This document shows, piece by piece, positions 18,504-29,114 of a stretch of 40,098 bases of DNA. The DNA lies in contig CAYVLA010000019.1 of assembly GCA_964452145.1 (NCBI GenBank), positions 1-40,098 of the forward strand. Reading direction: 5' to 3'. The DNA comes from Candidatus Hadarchaeota archaeon (GTDB lineage Archaea; CAYQAE01; CAYVLA01). Below the pieces are notes generated by a model, which saw only the letters and a list, made by a program, of their open reading frames with translations, did no database searches and had not been told where the DNA came from. Every line of letters begins with the position of its first letter. Position 1 is the first letter of the stretch. The translations under genes were made by a program, and so were the position numbers.

Positions 18504-19555
18504 TCGAACCTCCTCCTCAGGACGAGAATGCCCGCGGCCAGTATGGCGACGTCAAATACAGCAAGGATGGCGAGGTTCTGCCATACCCCTCCCAGGCCAA
18601 GACCCTGATTCAGAACCTTGTTGAAGGTATCAGCCAGATAGTAGGAAGGCAGCAGCTTGACAACCCAGGATGCCGCCTGGGGGTAGATCACCGTCATGGG
18701 GGGCACCATCAGCACCACGTAGGGAATCATGAGCCAGGAGAACGACGACTTCAGGTCCCTGGCCGGTGTCGCCACCAAGAAGGCAAAGCCGGTTGCCAGC
18801 AACGCGCCCAGAAACACGTTTACAAGGATTGCAGCCGTGCCTCGTCCGATCGACCCCATCAACGTGATGACCAGAAGGGTTTCCACGGAGGCCAGGGCCG
18901 TGCCAACAATCAGCTTGGCCGCGAAGATCTGCTCCGTGGTGGTCGGCGTGACCAGCAAGGCATATATCGCCCCAGTCTGCTTCTCCTCGATGATCAAGTA
19001 GGCTAGGGCCAGTATCTCGACAAGCAGCACGAGGCTTATCCAGAGGGGCTTTGCCTGGTCGCGAAATGGGAGCTGCTTGCCCGCATAGTCCTCACCGAGT
19101 ACCTCCACATCAAGGAAGACTGGGAGAACCTCGCCGGTGAGGATGAAGGAAAGCTCCTCGAGCAGAGCCTTCATCGGTTCCCTCGACTCCTCGGGGACCA
19201 CAGAGGCGAAGTACAACTCAATCCGTGGCCTTTCGCCGCCCAGCAGCTGTTGGACGAAATCACCCGGCAGCACGACACCCGCCATGATGTCCCCTTTCTC
19301 CACATCGATCTTAAGGGCATCAGTATCATCGTAGAAGGAAACCCGGAGAGCCTCGTCCGTCGCATTCACCTTGTCGAATATCGCTTCAAGACCCGGGGCG
19401 TAGACCCCCAGGAACAACGTTTCCTCAACCTCGGATGGCATCAGGCTGAACCAGAACGGCAAGACGATGACTATCAAGACCGTGACAACCAGGCTCAACC
19501 TGTTCCTGAATATCTCGCCAGCATCCTTCCCGATCAGCACCACGACCGGACCCAT
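18500..19555 (-). CDS. ABC-2 type exporter permease
   Basis: IIEEKQTGAIYALLVTP, LPSYY; 4-nt overlap with the next gene. Confidence 0.9.
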   Translation of the reverse strand: MGPVVVLIGKDAGEIFRNRLSLVVTVLIVIVLPFWFSLMPSEVEETLFLGVYAPGLEAIFDKVNATDEALRVSFYDDTDALKIDVEKGDIMAGVVLPGDFVQQLLGGERPRIELYFASVVPEESREPMKALLEELSFILTGEVLPVFLDVEVLGEDYAGKQLPFRDQAKPLWISLVLLVEILALAYLIIEEKQTGAIYALLVTPTTTEQIFAAKLIVGTALASVETLLVITLMGSIGRGTAAILVNVFLGALLATGFAFLVATPARDLKSSFSWLMIPYVVLMVPPMTVIYPQAASWVVKLLPSYYLADTFNKVLNQGLGLGGVWQNLAILAVFDVAILAAGILVLRRRFE

Positions 19556-19563
19556 GCCCAGCC

Positions 19564-20415
19564 CTACAACCCCCTTCCGGTCAGCTTGATGAAGATCTCC
19601 TCCAGGGTTGCCTCTGAGGTGTGGATCGTGTCGAATTCGCCTTCCTGGAGTATCTTCTTGATTCTTTCTGGCGTCCCCGGGTCATCGAGAGGTATCTCGG
19701 TCTCCTCACCTTCGGCTCGACCCTTGGGCCTCACCTTCACAGATCGCTTGCCGTACTTGAGCTTGAGATTCTCGGGTGTGTCCAGGGCCACGATTCTTCC
19801 CTCGTTGATGAAGGCCACCCTGTCCGATAGTTTGTCGGCCTCAAGCATGTCGTGGGTTGTCAGCAGGACGGACGCGCCCCTCTCCTGCTCCTCCCTGATT
19901 ATCGTCCTGATGTTCTCCGCGGAAACCGGGTCAAGCCCGTCGGTGGGTTCGTCCAGGAACAAGACCTCCGGCCTGTTGACAAGGGACCTCGCTATCATCA
20001 AGCGCTGCTTCATTCCCTTGGAGAAGTTCTCCACCCGCTCGTTGCCCTTCCCCGCAAGATCCACCCTCCGCAGAAACGACTCAGTGTCAATCCTCACCCC
20101 GAAGAGCTTGGCGAAGAACTTGAGGTTCTGCTCGGCGGTCATCCTCGGGTACAGGTTCTTCTCCTCGAAGCACACACCTATCCTGGCCGCGGCCTTCTTC
20201 GGCTCGCTGGCCATGTCGTATCCAAGGACTCTGGCCGAGCCTTCCCTTGGCTTCAGCTGGCCCGTCAAAACCTTGACGGTGGTAGTCTTTCCGGCACCGT
20301 TGGGTCCCAGGAAGCCCAGAACCTCGCCTTTCTGGACCTCAAAGCTCACGTGATCGACGGCAACCAGATCGCCGTAGAGAAAGACCAGATTGTCCGCAAC
20401 TATGGAAGCTTCCAC
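19564..20415 (-). CDS. ABC transporter ATP-binding protein (multidrug export type)
   Basis: GPNGAGKTT, FSKGMKQR, LDEPT.GLDP, TTH. Confidence 0.95.
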   Translation of the reverse strand: MEASIVADNLVFLYGDLVAVDHVSFEVQKGEVLGFLGPNGAGKTTTVKVLTGQLKPREGSARVLGYDMASEPKKAAARIGVCFEEKNLYPRMTAEQNLKFFAKLFGVRIDTESFLRRVDLAGKGNERVENFSKGMKQRLMIARSLVNRPEVLFLDEPTDGLDPVSAENIRTIIREEQERGASVLLTTHDMLEADKLSDRVAFINEGRIVALDTPENLKLKYGKRSVKVRPKGRAEGEETEIPLDDPGTPERIKKILQEGEFDTIHTSEATLEEIFIKLTGRGL

Positions 20416-20557
20416 TCCAGCTCATCCTCCGCCTGTGCCTTTCGGGGATTCGAGATGGGGCATGTGGCAAAACACCTATTAGGTATTAGGTTGGGCTAAA
20501 CTGAAAGCTGTTCTCCCGTTCCCGGACGGGTGTTTAAGAATGCCAGACAGGGGGCCC

Positions 20558-21268
20558 ATGCGTAAGGTCATAGTTGAGCTTGACCCCTCAAGACTATGTT
20601 CCGACTTGGATACGGCCAGACTGTTCGAGAAGGCCGAGTACTTGGAGTTGAGGCAGTTCCTCAAGCTGGACTATGAGAAGGGCACCAAGATCGTCCTTGA
20701 GGACATAAAGACACGACCGGGATGCAGGTTGGAGGATGTAGAGATGCCGCCGGGCATCGAGATACTCACCGTCCTCACCCGAGACCGGGACAAGTACACC
20801 TGCCTTCTAAGATCCAATGCAGATGCAGCCCTGAGAAGGCTGATGGGGATCTCTTGGGAGGAGGCCAAAAGGATCCCCCCCATTTCGGAGACCCGCCTGC
20901 TTGCGGAAGGCGACCTCAACCGGATCCTCGACCCCCCTGTGTTCATATCGAGAGATAGGGCGGTGTTCGGATTCATCGGGGACAGACAGACCATCGAGGT
21001 AACGCTGAAGCTCCTGAGATTCCTTGGACTGGTTAAGAGAGTGAGCTTCCCTCGAAGCAGCATGATGAACAACGACCTGCTATCCTCCCTGACCCCGAGG
21101 CAACAGGAGGCAATCTGCCAAGCCAAGAAACTGGGTTACTATGATGACTATCCAAGGAGGATCACGACTGAAGAGCTGGCACAGAGTCTGGGCCTGAAGA
21201 AGACCACCCTGATCGAGCACCTCAGAAAAGCCGAGAACAGGCTGGTCTCAAGAGCGGTGAACCGCTGA
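20558..21268 (+). CDS. HTH_10 (bacterio-opsin activator-type) transcriptional regulator
   Basis: C-terminal LTPRQQEAI..AKKLGYY..YPRRITTEELA..LG....T..EHLRKAE. Divergent from the ABC operon; start 20558 or 20540. Confidence 0.88.
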   Translation: MRKVIVELDPSRLCSDLDTARLFEKAEYLELRQFLKLDYEKGTKIVLEDIKTRPGCRLEDVEMPPGIEILTVLTRDRDKYTCLLRSNADAALRRLMGISWEEAKRIPPISETRLLAEGDLNRILDPPVFISRDRAVFGFIGDRQTIEVTLKLLRFLGLVKRVSFPRSSMMNNDLLSSLTPRQQEAICQAKKLGYYDDYPRRITTEELAQSLGLKKTTLIEHLRKAENRLVSRAVNR

Positions 21269-21350
21269 GCTTCCCCCGGGGCACCCCTGGCCGGCAGACT
21301 GAATCATCACATTAATATTCCATCGGCGATCGCGTTTTGCGTGGATTGAC

Positions 21351-21599
21351 ATGGGAGAGAGGAAAGAGATCGGCAGGATCACGCACTTCTTCTCCAAGAT
21401 CGGAGTTGCGGTCGTGGAGCTGTCGGGAACCCTGAGCATCGGAGACAAGGTGCTGATCAAGGGTCCCGGGACGGAGTTCGAGCAGGAAATCAGATCAATG
21501 CAGATAGAGCACAAGCCCATCCAGACGGCCAAGAAGGGACAGTCCATCGGGCTCAAGGTCGACCAGAAGGTCCATGAGAACGACGTCGTCTTCAAGTAG
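21351..21599 (+). CDS. Small EF-Tu domain 2-like beta-barrel protein (translation elongation factor-like)
   Basis: IGRITHFFSKIGVAVVEL...GD...FEQEI.SMQIEH.....A..GQSIGLKV...V.END.VF. Confidence 0.85.
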   Translation: MGERKEIGRITHFFSKIGVAVVELSGTLSIGDKVLIKGPGTEFEQEIRSMQIEHKPIQTAKKGQSIGLKVDQKVHENDVVFK

Positions 21600-21666
21600 C
21601 CCCTGACGTCTTTCCGGGATCTGCAGGCAGGGACCAAGGTGCTTATGGGTCAGCTCCGGGCAGCCT

Positions 21667-22383
21667 TCAACCACCGATCATAAGGCGTCTCGCATACCGG
21701 ATGGAGACGTCCATCTCCACCCTCTGCGTGGGCGGACCATCCATCCACTGCGGATAGAGCGCGCCGATGCTATCGACCACCTCAAACCCCTTAACGATCC
21801 TCCCGAAGACTACGAAGGGAAAGGCGTACCGATCCAGATCCTCATTGTCCTTCAGGTTTATGAAGAACTGGCTGTCGGCCGTGCCTGCCGATGCTGGATC
21901 ATCCGGATAGCCCGACCGGGCCATGGCGATGGTGTACCTGCTATTCTTCAGCGTCGTGTTCTCCCAAGGAATCTGCTTATCTGATCCCCCGGTCCCATCG
22001 CCCCTGGGATCGCCCCCCTGGATCACGAAGTCTTTGGCGACGCGGTGAAACGTCAGACCATTGTAGAACCCGGACTCTGCCAGGCCAATGAAGTTTGCCG
22101 TGGTGATCGGGGCCTTCTCGGTGTCAAGCTCCACCTCAAAGGTGCCCAGAGTGGTATCGAAGACGGCTACGACCGCTTTTCTGGACCCCACAAGGCTTGC
22201 ACCGGCGAGGGCGATGATCACCGCCAGAAATACGGCCGCAATATGCCACCCATGTCTTGTGAGAAGGGACGGCCTCTGTGCCTGGGCCCCGCTCCCTCCT
22301 GGGTGGGCCTTCAACATGTGTCTCTTGAGATTGGTCTTCCTCACAACTGCGCCGCAGACGGGGCACACCGCTTTCTTTGCCAT
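21667..22383 (-). CDS. Cyclophilin-type peptidyl-prolyl isomerase with N-terminal C2H2 zinc finger and TM helix
   Basis: CPVCG..LKRHMLKAH, TM IAAVFLAVIIALAG, then FHRV..FVIQGGDP.GDGTGG, MAR, SQFFIN, VFG. Confidence 0.9.
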   Translation of the reverse strand: MAKKAVCPVCGAVVRKTNLKRHMLKAHPGGSGAQAQRPSLLTRHGWHIAAVFLAVIIALAGASLVGSRKAVVAVFDTTLGTFEVELDTEKAPITTANFIGLAESGFYNGLTFHRVAKDFVIQGGDPRGDGTGGSDKQIPWENTTLKNSRYTIAMARSGYPDDPASAGTADSQFFINLKDNEDLDRYAFPFVVFGRIVKGFEVVDSIGALYPQWMDGPPTQRVEMDVSIRYARRLMIGG

Positions 22384-22401
22384 TGCAGACCTCCCACTTC
22401 C

Positions 22402-24432
22402 TCAGGCTGACACGATCTCAACTACCTTAGCGCTTCTGGGCTCAAGACCTATCCTCACGGACAGAATGCCACCATCAACCGACCATTTGCCATCGGTGAC
22501 CTCCGAGACGCCCTGGAAGCCGATGTCGGAAAGATCCACGACGGCCCTCTTAGCCATCCACCTGGAGTCGAGGTTGAAGAAGTTGATAACTGCCCTCTTC
22601 TCGCCCGGCATGTAGTGGAGGTGGACCTCCTCGTCCAGCCCCACGAAGATGCCCTGAGTGTAGAGCCTTTTGAGGCGCAGATAGGTCCTCATGGCTTTCT
22701 TGTGGGCCTCCCACACATCGCCATTCCTGTGCTTGCCACCTATCCCAAGATGCCTGCAGGTGGAAGCGTACCACCAGAACTCCAACGCATTTGAATTGTC
22801 CTTGCGTAGGTCGATGTGCAGATAGAGAGGAAGAGAGTAGGCCAGGTTGTAGTAGTAAAGGCTGATGGCCCTGCCCGAGATAAGATCCTCCATGGGGTCC
22901 CACATGTACTCGAAGGCCCACCCCTCGTCGAAGGATGGACCAACCCCATGCAGGTAGTGCATGGGTGCATACCTTTCGGGAACGCCGGCGAGAATCGGGT
23001 CATGCAGCTCGATGATGAGGTCCGGATGCTCCTTGTGGACTGCATGTGCAAGTCCCAAGATGGCTTTGCAGTGTTCGGCCCTTCTCAGAGGCAGGGAATG
23101 GCCGTGGGAAGGATCCCAGCACGGACCCGGGTAGCCCGATCCATCGAACATGTAGTATGCGAAGCCGGCCTTGGCAAGATCGAGAAGTCTCTGCTTCTTG
23201 GCTTCAAGGTAGGCGGGCGAGGCGCTGCACAGGCCCTCAAGCAAGTTGCCATCCGCGTCCCGCCTGTGGGCCTCCATAGGATATGTCGTGACATCACACC
23301 ATGCAGCGAGGGGCATGTGAAGCGAAACCTTCAGGCCATACCTGTCGCCCATCAGCTTCACGAACTCTCTAGCCTCTCTGAGGCGGTAGGCGGGCCATAT
23401 CGAGGACCCGAACACGGTGTCCCATCCCGGATCCAGGTACAAGGATTCGCATCCGATCTCTCGGGCCTTGGCAGCCTCCTCCTCCATGTGGGCGAGTGTA
23501 TACAGCTTCCTCCTGTTCTCGAAGGTGTCGCGATCCCACCACAGCGGATTGTCGTAGAGTTCGTTCCAGTGGACCGGTGGGTTGAACCCAGGGGGAGTCC
23601 CATGGCCCAACGACTCCATGTAGGTCCTGAAGGCGCGATAACCCTCGTTAATCCCCCCTCTGAACAGAACGTATCTGGTTGTCGAGAACCTGATTGGCCG
23701 GCCCGGCTTAAGGACTGTCCCCTCCTCGGGGTCACCGTGCCAGATAGAGGCTCCCCCAAAGCGCAGAACATGCTTTTGCCCGAGCCTCTCCGGAGACAGG
23801 ATCGAGAACTCCATCATCTCGGGCGAGTGTTTGGCCACGAGAAGCGAGGCCTTCCCCGACTCCCAGATCCACCCTTCGGCCCCCAGCTCCCTTGTTAACT
23901 CCCGCCTAGGCCAAGCCGGCGAGTAGAAGCCGCGGTTCATGGGGATGTCTCTCAGGGGGTATTCCTGGTACTCCCCTCGACTTCCCCTCAGATCGCGCCT
24001 GAAAGGCACGCTGACCACCCTCGACACATCCTCATCCCGGCAATCCATTGAGCGGGCAAATCCCATGGCCAGATCCGGGGTCTCGATGAGCTCCGAGCCG
24101 CGGTTCTCAACCGTTAGCACCTCATCGATGCGGGGCTCCGCCGGCGAAGCTTTGAACTCGTGGGAAATCCTGAGCGGTCCGATCTCCCCCTCTAGAATAA
24201 GGGTCAGATCGTCGCGTTTCCGATCCTGCCTGAATCCCAGGAACGCGGGCGTTTCCCATCCCTTGCGAACGCGATAAAGGTATGGCCGATCGGCTAGGAC
24301 CAGATCGAAGTGCTCGGAGAACAGCCTTTCCGGCTGCAATCCATCCGAGGTCTTGACTCTGACGGAGAGAAACCGGTTGCCGAACTGGATGGAGCCGGGG
24401 CTCTCAACCCCGCGCCCTTCCTTACGCTGCAT
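22402..24432 (-). CDS. Alpha-galactosidase-like glycoside hydrolase (GH36/clan D-like)
   Basis: N-terminal beta-sandwich region, VHWNE, LYLDPGW (DDGW-like), GFAYYMFDG nucleophile-like motif. Start placed at ATG 24432, about 25 nt from TTTATC. Confidence 0.7.
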   Translation of the reverse strand: MQRKEGRGVESPGSIQFGNRFLSVRVKTSDGLQPERLFSEHFDLVLADRPYLYRVRKGWETPAFLGFRQDRKRDDLTLILEGEIGPLRISHEFKASPAEPRIDEVLTVENRGSELIETPDLAMGFARSMDCRDEDVSRVVSVPFRRDLRGSRGEYQEYPLRDIPMNRGFYSPAWPRRELTRELGAEGWIWESGKASLLVAKHSPEMMEFSILSPERLGQKHVLRFGGASIWHGDPEEGTVLKPGRPIRFSTTRYVLFRGGINEGYRAFRTYMESLGHGTPPGFNPPVHWNELYDNPLWWDRDTFENRRKLYTLAHMEEEAAKAREIGCESLYLDPGWDTVFGSSIWPAYRLREAREFVKLMGDRYGLKVSLHMPLAAWCDVTTYPMEAHRRDADGNLLEGLCSASPAYLEAKKQRLLDLAKAGFAYYMFDGSGYPGPCWDPSHGHSLPLRRAEHCKAILGLAHAVHKEHPDLIIELHDPILAGVPERYAPMHYLHGVGPSFDEGWAFEYMWDPMEDLISGRAISLYYYNLAYSLPLYLHIDLRKDNSNALEFWWYASTCRHLGIGGKHRNGDVWEAHKKAMRTYLRLKRLYTQGIFVGLDEEVHLHYMPGEKRAVINFFNLDSRWMAKRAVVDLSDIGFQGVSEVTDGKWSVDGGILSVRIGLEPRSAKVVEIVSA

Positions 24433-24680
24433 GAGCCAACGGGGGAGTCCTTGGGTTGATAAACATAATGACCAACCCAGATTCCACCGATCCCAGAAGC
24501 AGCGGTTCCCGCGCGCCGGCACCGTCTCCTATCGCCGGTCCTCGGGCAAACCCGGGGAAGGCCGAGAGCGATGTGGAGCGGAGGACGCCATCGACGAGTG
24601 TAGTGTACTCTATTGTACAAGAAAGATTTAATAGCGACATTAATGACCTCGATCGATCCCCGTACTGGGAGAGAACCGCA

Positions 24681-26072
24681 ATGGCAGACAACAAGGTACT
24701 GTTGGACGAGGAAGCGATTCCCAAGCAATGGTACAGCATACTACCCGACCTTCCGAAGCCCCTGCCTCCGTTCATCGAACCGGACACCAAGGCGCCGGGC
24801 GTCGGGATAGTGCCGAAGATCTTCCCAAAGGCCATCCTCGGACAAGAGGTCGGACAGGACCGATGGGTGGACATCCCCGATGAGGTGAGGGACGTGTACA
24901 GGCTCTGGAGGCCAACGCCCCTCTTCCGGGCGGTGAGGCTGGAGAAGGCGTTGAAGACCCCCGCCAAGATCTTCTACAAGTACGAAGGAGTCAGCCCACC
25001 CGGAAGCCACAAGACAAACACAGCAGTTGCCCAGGCCTACTACAACATGAAGGAGGGTGCGGAGCGGATAGCCACGGAGACAGGAGCGGGGCAATGGGGC
25101 TCGGCTCTCTCGTTCGGCTGCAACGTCTTTGACCTGAAATGCACGGTCTACATGGTGAAGGTGAGCTACCAGCAGAAGCCCTACCGCAGGATGATGATGG
25201 AGGCCTACGGCGCCGAGGTCCATGCAAGCCCGAGCAAACACACGAAATGCGGACGTAGGATTCTGAAGGACGATCCGAATAACCCGGGAAGTCTCGGGAT
25301 AGCCATAAGCGAGGCCGTGGAGGATGCCCTTGTAAACGAGGATGCAAACTACGGCATAGGCAGCGTCTTCAACCACGTGCTGCTCCACCAGACGGTGATA
25401 GGGCTCGAAACCCAGGACCAGCTCAGGACTGTGGGGGAGTACCCCGATGTTATCTACGGCTGCATAGGTGGTGGCAGCAGCTTCTCGGGCCTGTTCTGGC
25501 CCTTCTACTACGACAGGGTCGCCGGAAAGGCGCCCAAACCGGCTCGCTTCGTTGCCGTCGAACCGACGGCGTGCCCCTCCGTCACCAAGGGGGAGTACAC
25601 CTACGACCACGGGGACACCGCAAGGATAACGCCGCTGGTTCCCATGCACACTCTGGGCCACGACTTCATACCGCCCCCCATACATGCCGGAGGCCTACGC
25701 TATCACGGCATGGCTCCGACGATAAGCCGGCTGGTGTCGGAGAAGCAGGTTGAGACCGTGGCGTACGATCAGGTCGAGGTCTTCGACGCTGCGAAACTCT
25801 TCATGAGGACCGAAGGCATCATACCTGCCCCCGAGCCCGCCCACGCGATCAAGGGTGTGGTGGACGAGGCCCTGAGATGCAGGGAAACAGGTGAGGAAAA
25901 GACCATACTCTTCCTGCTCTGCGGCCACGGCTACTTCGATATGCAGGCATACGATGAGTACTTCAGCGGCAAGCTCAAGCCCTATGCATACCCGAAGGCC
26001 AAGGTCGACGCATCGATGAAGAGGCTCAGGCAGCTATACCCATGGCTCGACCAGGTCAACAAGCTCATCTGA
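24681..26072 (+). CDS. trpB2: Tryptophan synthase beta chain 2 (TrpB2)
   Basis: [54 protein letters not shown]. Start moved to ATG 24681. Confidence 0.95.
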   Translation: MADNKVLLDEEAIPKQWYSILPDLPKPLPPFIEPDTKAPGVGIVPKIFPKAILGQEVGQDRWVDIPDEVRDVYRLWRPTPLFRAVRLEKALKTPAKIFYKYEGVSPPGSHKTNTAVAQAYYNMKEGAERIATETGAGQWGSALSFGCNVFDLKCTVYMVKVSYQQKPYRRMMMEAYGAEVHASPSKHTKCGRRILKDDPNNPGSLGIAISEAVEDALVNEDANYGIGSVFNHVLLHQTVIGLETQDQLRTVGEYPDVIYGCIGGGSSFSGLFWPFYYDRVAGKAPKPARFVAVEPTACPSVTKGEYTYDHGDTARITPLVPMHTLGHDFIPPPIHAGGLRYHGMAPTISRLVSEKQVETVAYDQVEVFDAAKLFMRTEGIIPAPEPAHAIKGVVDEALRCRETGEEKTILFLLCGHGYFDMQAYDEYFSGKLKPYAYPKAKVDASMKRLRQLYPWLDQVNKLI

Positions 26073-26252
26073 GCCCATCGATTCGTATCGGGACAGGCCG
26101 GGTGAAGGAGCCGGAGAGATCCGGTGTCAGAAACCGTTTCTCTCCCTGCGTCTCTTTCTCCTGCTTCCGGATCTCAGGGAGTCACCTCGATGACGGGCAG
26201 TGAGCCGCCAGGACGAACATTGGTACGGGCACGAGGCGACCAAGGTTGGTCT

Positions 26253-27377
26253 TTGGAAGTCGATTCCCAGAAGACGATCGGCCTGATCGTCAACCCGGTG
26301 GCAGGTATGGGGGGAGCGGTTGGATTGAAGGGAACCGACGGAACGGCGATTCTCAGAGAAGCGCTAGCCCTGGGTGCCAGGCCCGTTGCCCCAGCAAGGG
26401 CCCGGCAATTCCTCTCCGAGCTCAGGGCCGCACAGAAACGTATCCAGCTCTTGGCCGGAGCGGGAAGGATGGGACAGCAGGAAGCTGCTAGGTGCGGCTT
26501 TCCGTGCACCCCGGTCGGTAGGAGGAAGACGGATACCGGGCCTCAGGATACCAAGGAGATCGCCGGAAAGATGGCCTCCGAGGCGGTCGACCTCCTGGTT
26601 TTCTGCGGCGGGGATGGAACCGCACGCGATGTGCTGGATACGGTCGGACGCAGCCTCCCGGTTCTCGGGGTCCCAACGGGGGTGAAGATGCACAGCGCCG
26701 TATTTGCAGTGGACCCACGGGCGGCCGCGAGGCTAGCGGTGGGGTTTCTTTGGGCCGGACTTCCAATCAGGGAGGCCGAAGTAATGGACGTGGATGAAGA
26801 GGCCTTCAGGCTCGGCCGGCTTTCCGCAGCCCTACACGGTTACATGCTCACCCCGTACGCTCCCAGCCTTGTCCAGACGACCAAGGCGGCCAGTCCGATG
26901 ACCGAAGGCGAGCTTCGAAATCAGGCGGCCCTGGCCGTTTACATCATCGAGAACCTGAGGCCCGACGCCGTCTACATCCTGGGCCCGGGAACCACGACGA
27001 GGACGGTTGCGGACCTACTGGGCTTGAAGAAGACCCTTCTGGGCGTGGATCTCCTATGTAACCGTACGGTGATCGGCCGGGATGTCAGCGAGAAGGAGAT
27101 ACTGGAAGGCATCAAGGGCAGGGAGTCGGCCATCATCGTCACGCCCATAGGCGGCCAGGGATTCGTATTCGGCAGGGGGAACCAGCAGATAAGCCCAAGG
27201 GTCATACGTCGCGTCGGCCTGGATGGGATCACCGTCATCGCGACGGACAGCAAGATTCGGGCCCTGAAAAGCCTGAAGGTGGACACTGGGGACCCCGACC
27301 TTGACGAGGCCCTTCGTTCCAGGGGGCTTACGGTTGTGACGGACTACGGAAGGGAGAGCCTGATGCCCGTCGGCTGA
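26253..27377 (+). CDS. ATP-NAD kinase-like (AcoX family) protein
   Basis: IGLIVNPVAGMGG.VGLKGTDG, GGDGTARD, GVKMHS, GPGTT, TLLGVD, GGQGFVFGRGNQQ, VDTGD. Start uncertain (TTG 26253). Confidence 0.88.
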   Translation: MEVDSQKTIGLIVNPVAGMGGAVGLKGTDGTAILREALALGARPVAPARARQFLSELRAAQKRIQLLAGAGRMGQQEAARCGFPCTPVGRRKTDTGPQDTKEIAGKMASEAVDLLVFCGGDGTARDVLDTVGRSLPVLGVPTGVKMHSAVFAVDPRAAARLAVGFLWAGLPIREAEVMDVDEEAFRLGRLSAALHGYMLTPYAPSLVQTTKAASPMTEGELRNQAALAVYIIENLRPDAVYILGPGTTTRTVADLLGLKKTLLGVDLLCNRTVIGRDVSEKEILEGIKGRESAIIVTPIGGQGFVFGRGNQQISPRVIRRVGLDGITVIATDSKIRALKSLKVDTGDPDLDEALRSRGLTVVTDYGRESLMPVG

Positions 27378-27454
27378 CGGGAATCCGGGGCAACGGACGA
27401 GGATTCGCCCCGGCCTTGGAAAGATGCTTAAGCTCTCATCGCCCACAAGGCAGC

Positions 27455-27727
27455 GTGTCGGTATCGGCCAAGCCTGATGATCGACCGTGGTGCCCCTTCT
27501 GCGGAGGGGAATTCAAGGCATCTGCCAAGACCAAGCACATCTTCTACGAAGGCAGGACCCTGAAGATCCATAAGAACGAGTATCGCGAGTTCACTGAGAG
27601 GGGCGTTCTCAGGTACCTAGACTCGCCCAGATCCGGGCCCTTCTCCCAGGATGCCATAGACCTGGGGCTCGCTTTCTTGGTCATTGCGACTCTGATAGTG
27701 ATCTTGGTGATCATCCACCCATCGTAA
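27455..27727 (+). CDS. Small CxxC...H TRASH/YHS-like finger protein with C-terminal TM
   Basis: WCPFCG...YEGRTLKIH...GVLRYLD then LGLAFLVIATLIVILVII. CTTAAG box about 23 nt upstream of GTG. Confidence 0.7.
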   Translation: MSVSAKPDDRPWCPFCGGEFKASAKTKHIFYEGRTLKIHKNEYREFTERGVLRYLDSPRSGPFSQDAIDLGLAFLVIATLIVILVIIHPS

Positions 27728-27812
27728 AGATGGGCATCGAAGCCGCCTAGGGACGGGGGAATCCCCGAAAAGCGTTATCAATGCCCTGCTCGCGCGTCAG
27801 CCCGGCGATGCC

Positions 27813-29045
27813 ATGAAGCTCAACCCGAAGGAGCAGGAGCTCTACGATGCCTTCAAGGAAATGCCTGTTGTAGACGCCCACGAGCATCTAGCCCCGGAGC
27901 GGGTGCGAGTGTCACAGGACATGGATGTCCTCGATCTCTTCATCCACTACACAAAGACCGACTTCCTGTGCGCGGGCATGTCCTCCGATGAATGGAACCG
28001 GATGCACAACAAGCAGATCCCACGCCCCGAGAGATGGGCCATTCTGGCAAAATACCTCAGGGACGTGAGGTACGGATCATACGCAAGACCCGCCTTCATC
28101 TACGCCCGACACCTAGGCTACGACGACATATCCGAGAACAACTACGAGGAGATCTCTGAAAGGCTTCGGACAGACAACAAACCCGGGATCTACCGGAGGA
28201 TCATGGTCGACATGTGCAACATAAGGGCCGCGTTAACCCAGGCGAACAGAACGGACTACGATCAGGAATTCCTGATTCCCCTCATGCCGCTTGACACCTA
28301 CGCCGACATCAGATCGTGGAAGACCGTCGAGAAGAGGGCTGGGGACGTGGGAGAGAAGGCGGACACGCTTGATGACTTCTTGGAGGTCGCCCGAAAGGGC
28401 CTGAAGAAGTGGATCGGAGAGCGTGTCGTGGGTCTGAAGATGGTCTCCCGACCGTACTGTCCTCCGGACCGTGGCCAGGCCGTTGCCACATATGATGACC
28501 TCAAACACAACCCCGCCAGAGAGCTGCCCGAGATGAATCCCCTGAAGGACTATCTGATGGAACAGGTCCTCGAGATGGCCGCCGAGCTGGACCTAGTTGT
28601 CGCGGTCCACACGGGGATGTGGGGGGATTTCAGGACGCTGGACCCCAAGCACATGATCAGGATCTTCGGTGCGCACCCGAGAACCCGGTTCGACATGTAC
28701 CACATGGGGATGCCCTGGGTCAGGGAGGCGGGGGTGATCGGGAAGAACTTCCCCAACGTCTGGCTCAACCTCTGCTGGTGCCACATAATATCCCCCGAGA
28801 TGACCTGCTCGGCCCTGAATGAATGGATGGATCTCATTCCCGTGAACAAGATCATCGGTTTCGGGGGGGACTATGGGAAGCCGGTGGAGAAGGTGTACGG
28901 CCACCTGATGATGGCCAGGGAGGACATAGCAAGAGTGCTGGCCACCAGGATCGAAAGAGGTCTGCTGGGAACGGATGAGGCCCTGGAGATAGCGAGGAAG
29001 TGGTTCTACGAGAATCCCAAGGAGCTGTACAGGCTGAAGGTCTAG
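27813..29045 (+). CDS. Amidohydrolase superfamily protein (uronate isomerase-like)
   Basis: DAHEH, VGLK, VHTG, FDMYH, PNVWL, KIIGFGGDY, YENP.ELY. Confidence 0.88.
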   Translation: MKLNPKEQELYDAFKEMPVVDAHEHLAPERVRVSQDMDVLDLFIHYTKTDFLCAGMSSDEWNRMHNKQIPRPERWAILAKYLRDVRYGSYARPAFIYARHLGYDDISENNYEEISERLRTDNKPGIYRRIMVDMCNIRAALTQANRTDYDQEFLIPLMPLDTYADIRSWKTVEKRAGDVGEKADTLDDFLEVARKGLKKWIGERVVGLKMVSRPYCPPDRGQAVATYDDLKHNPARELPEMNPLKDYLMEQVLEMAAELDLVVAVHTGMWGDFRTLDPKHMIRIFGAHPRTRFDMYHMGMPWVREAGVIGKNFPNVWLNLCWCHIISPEMTCSALNEWMDLIPVNKIIGFGGDYGKPVEKVYGHLMMAREDIARVLATRIERGLLGTDEALEIARKWFYENPKELYRLKV

Positions 29046-29114
29046 GGCTCCGCCACCCCTTGCGGACTACCACTCCACCGGTGCGCTCGACTCTTCGAGT
29101 CGTGAGTTATCCAA

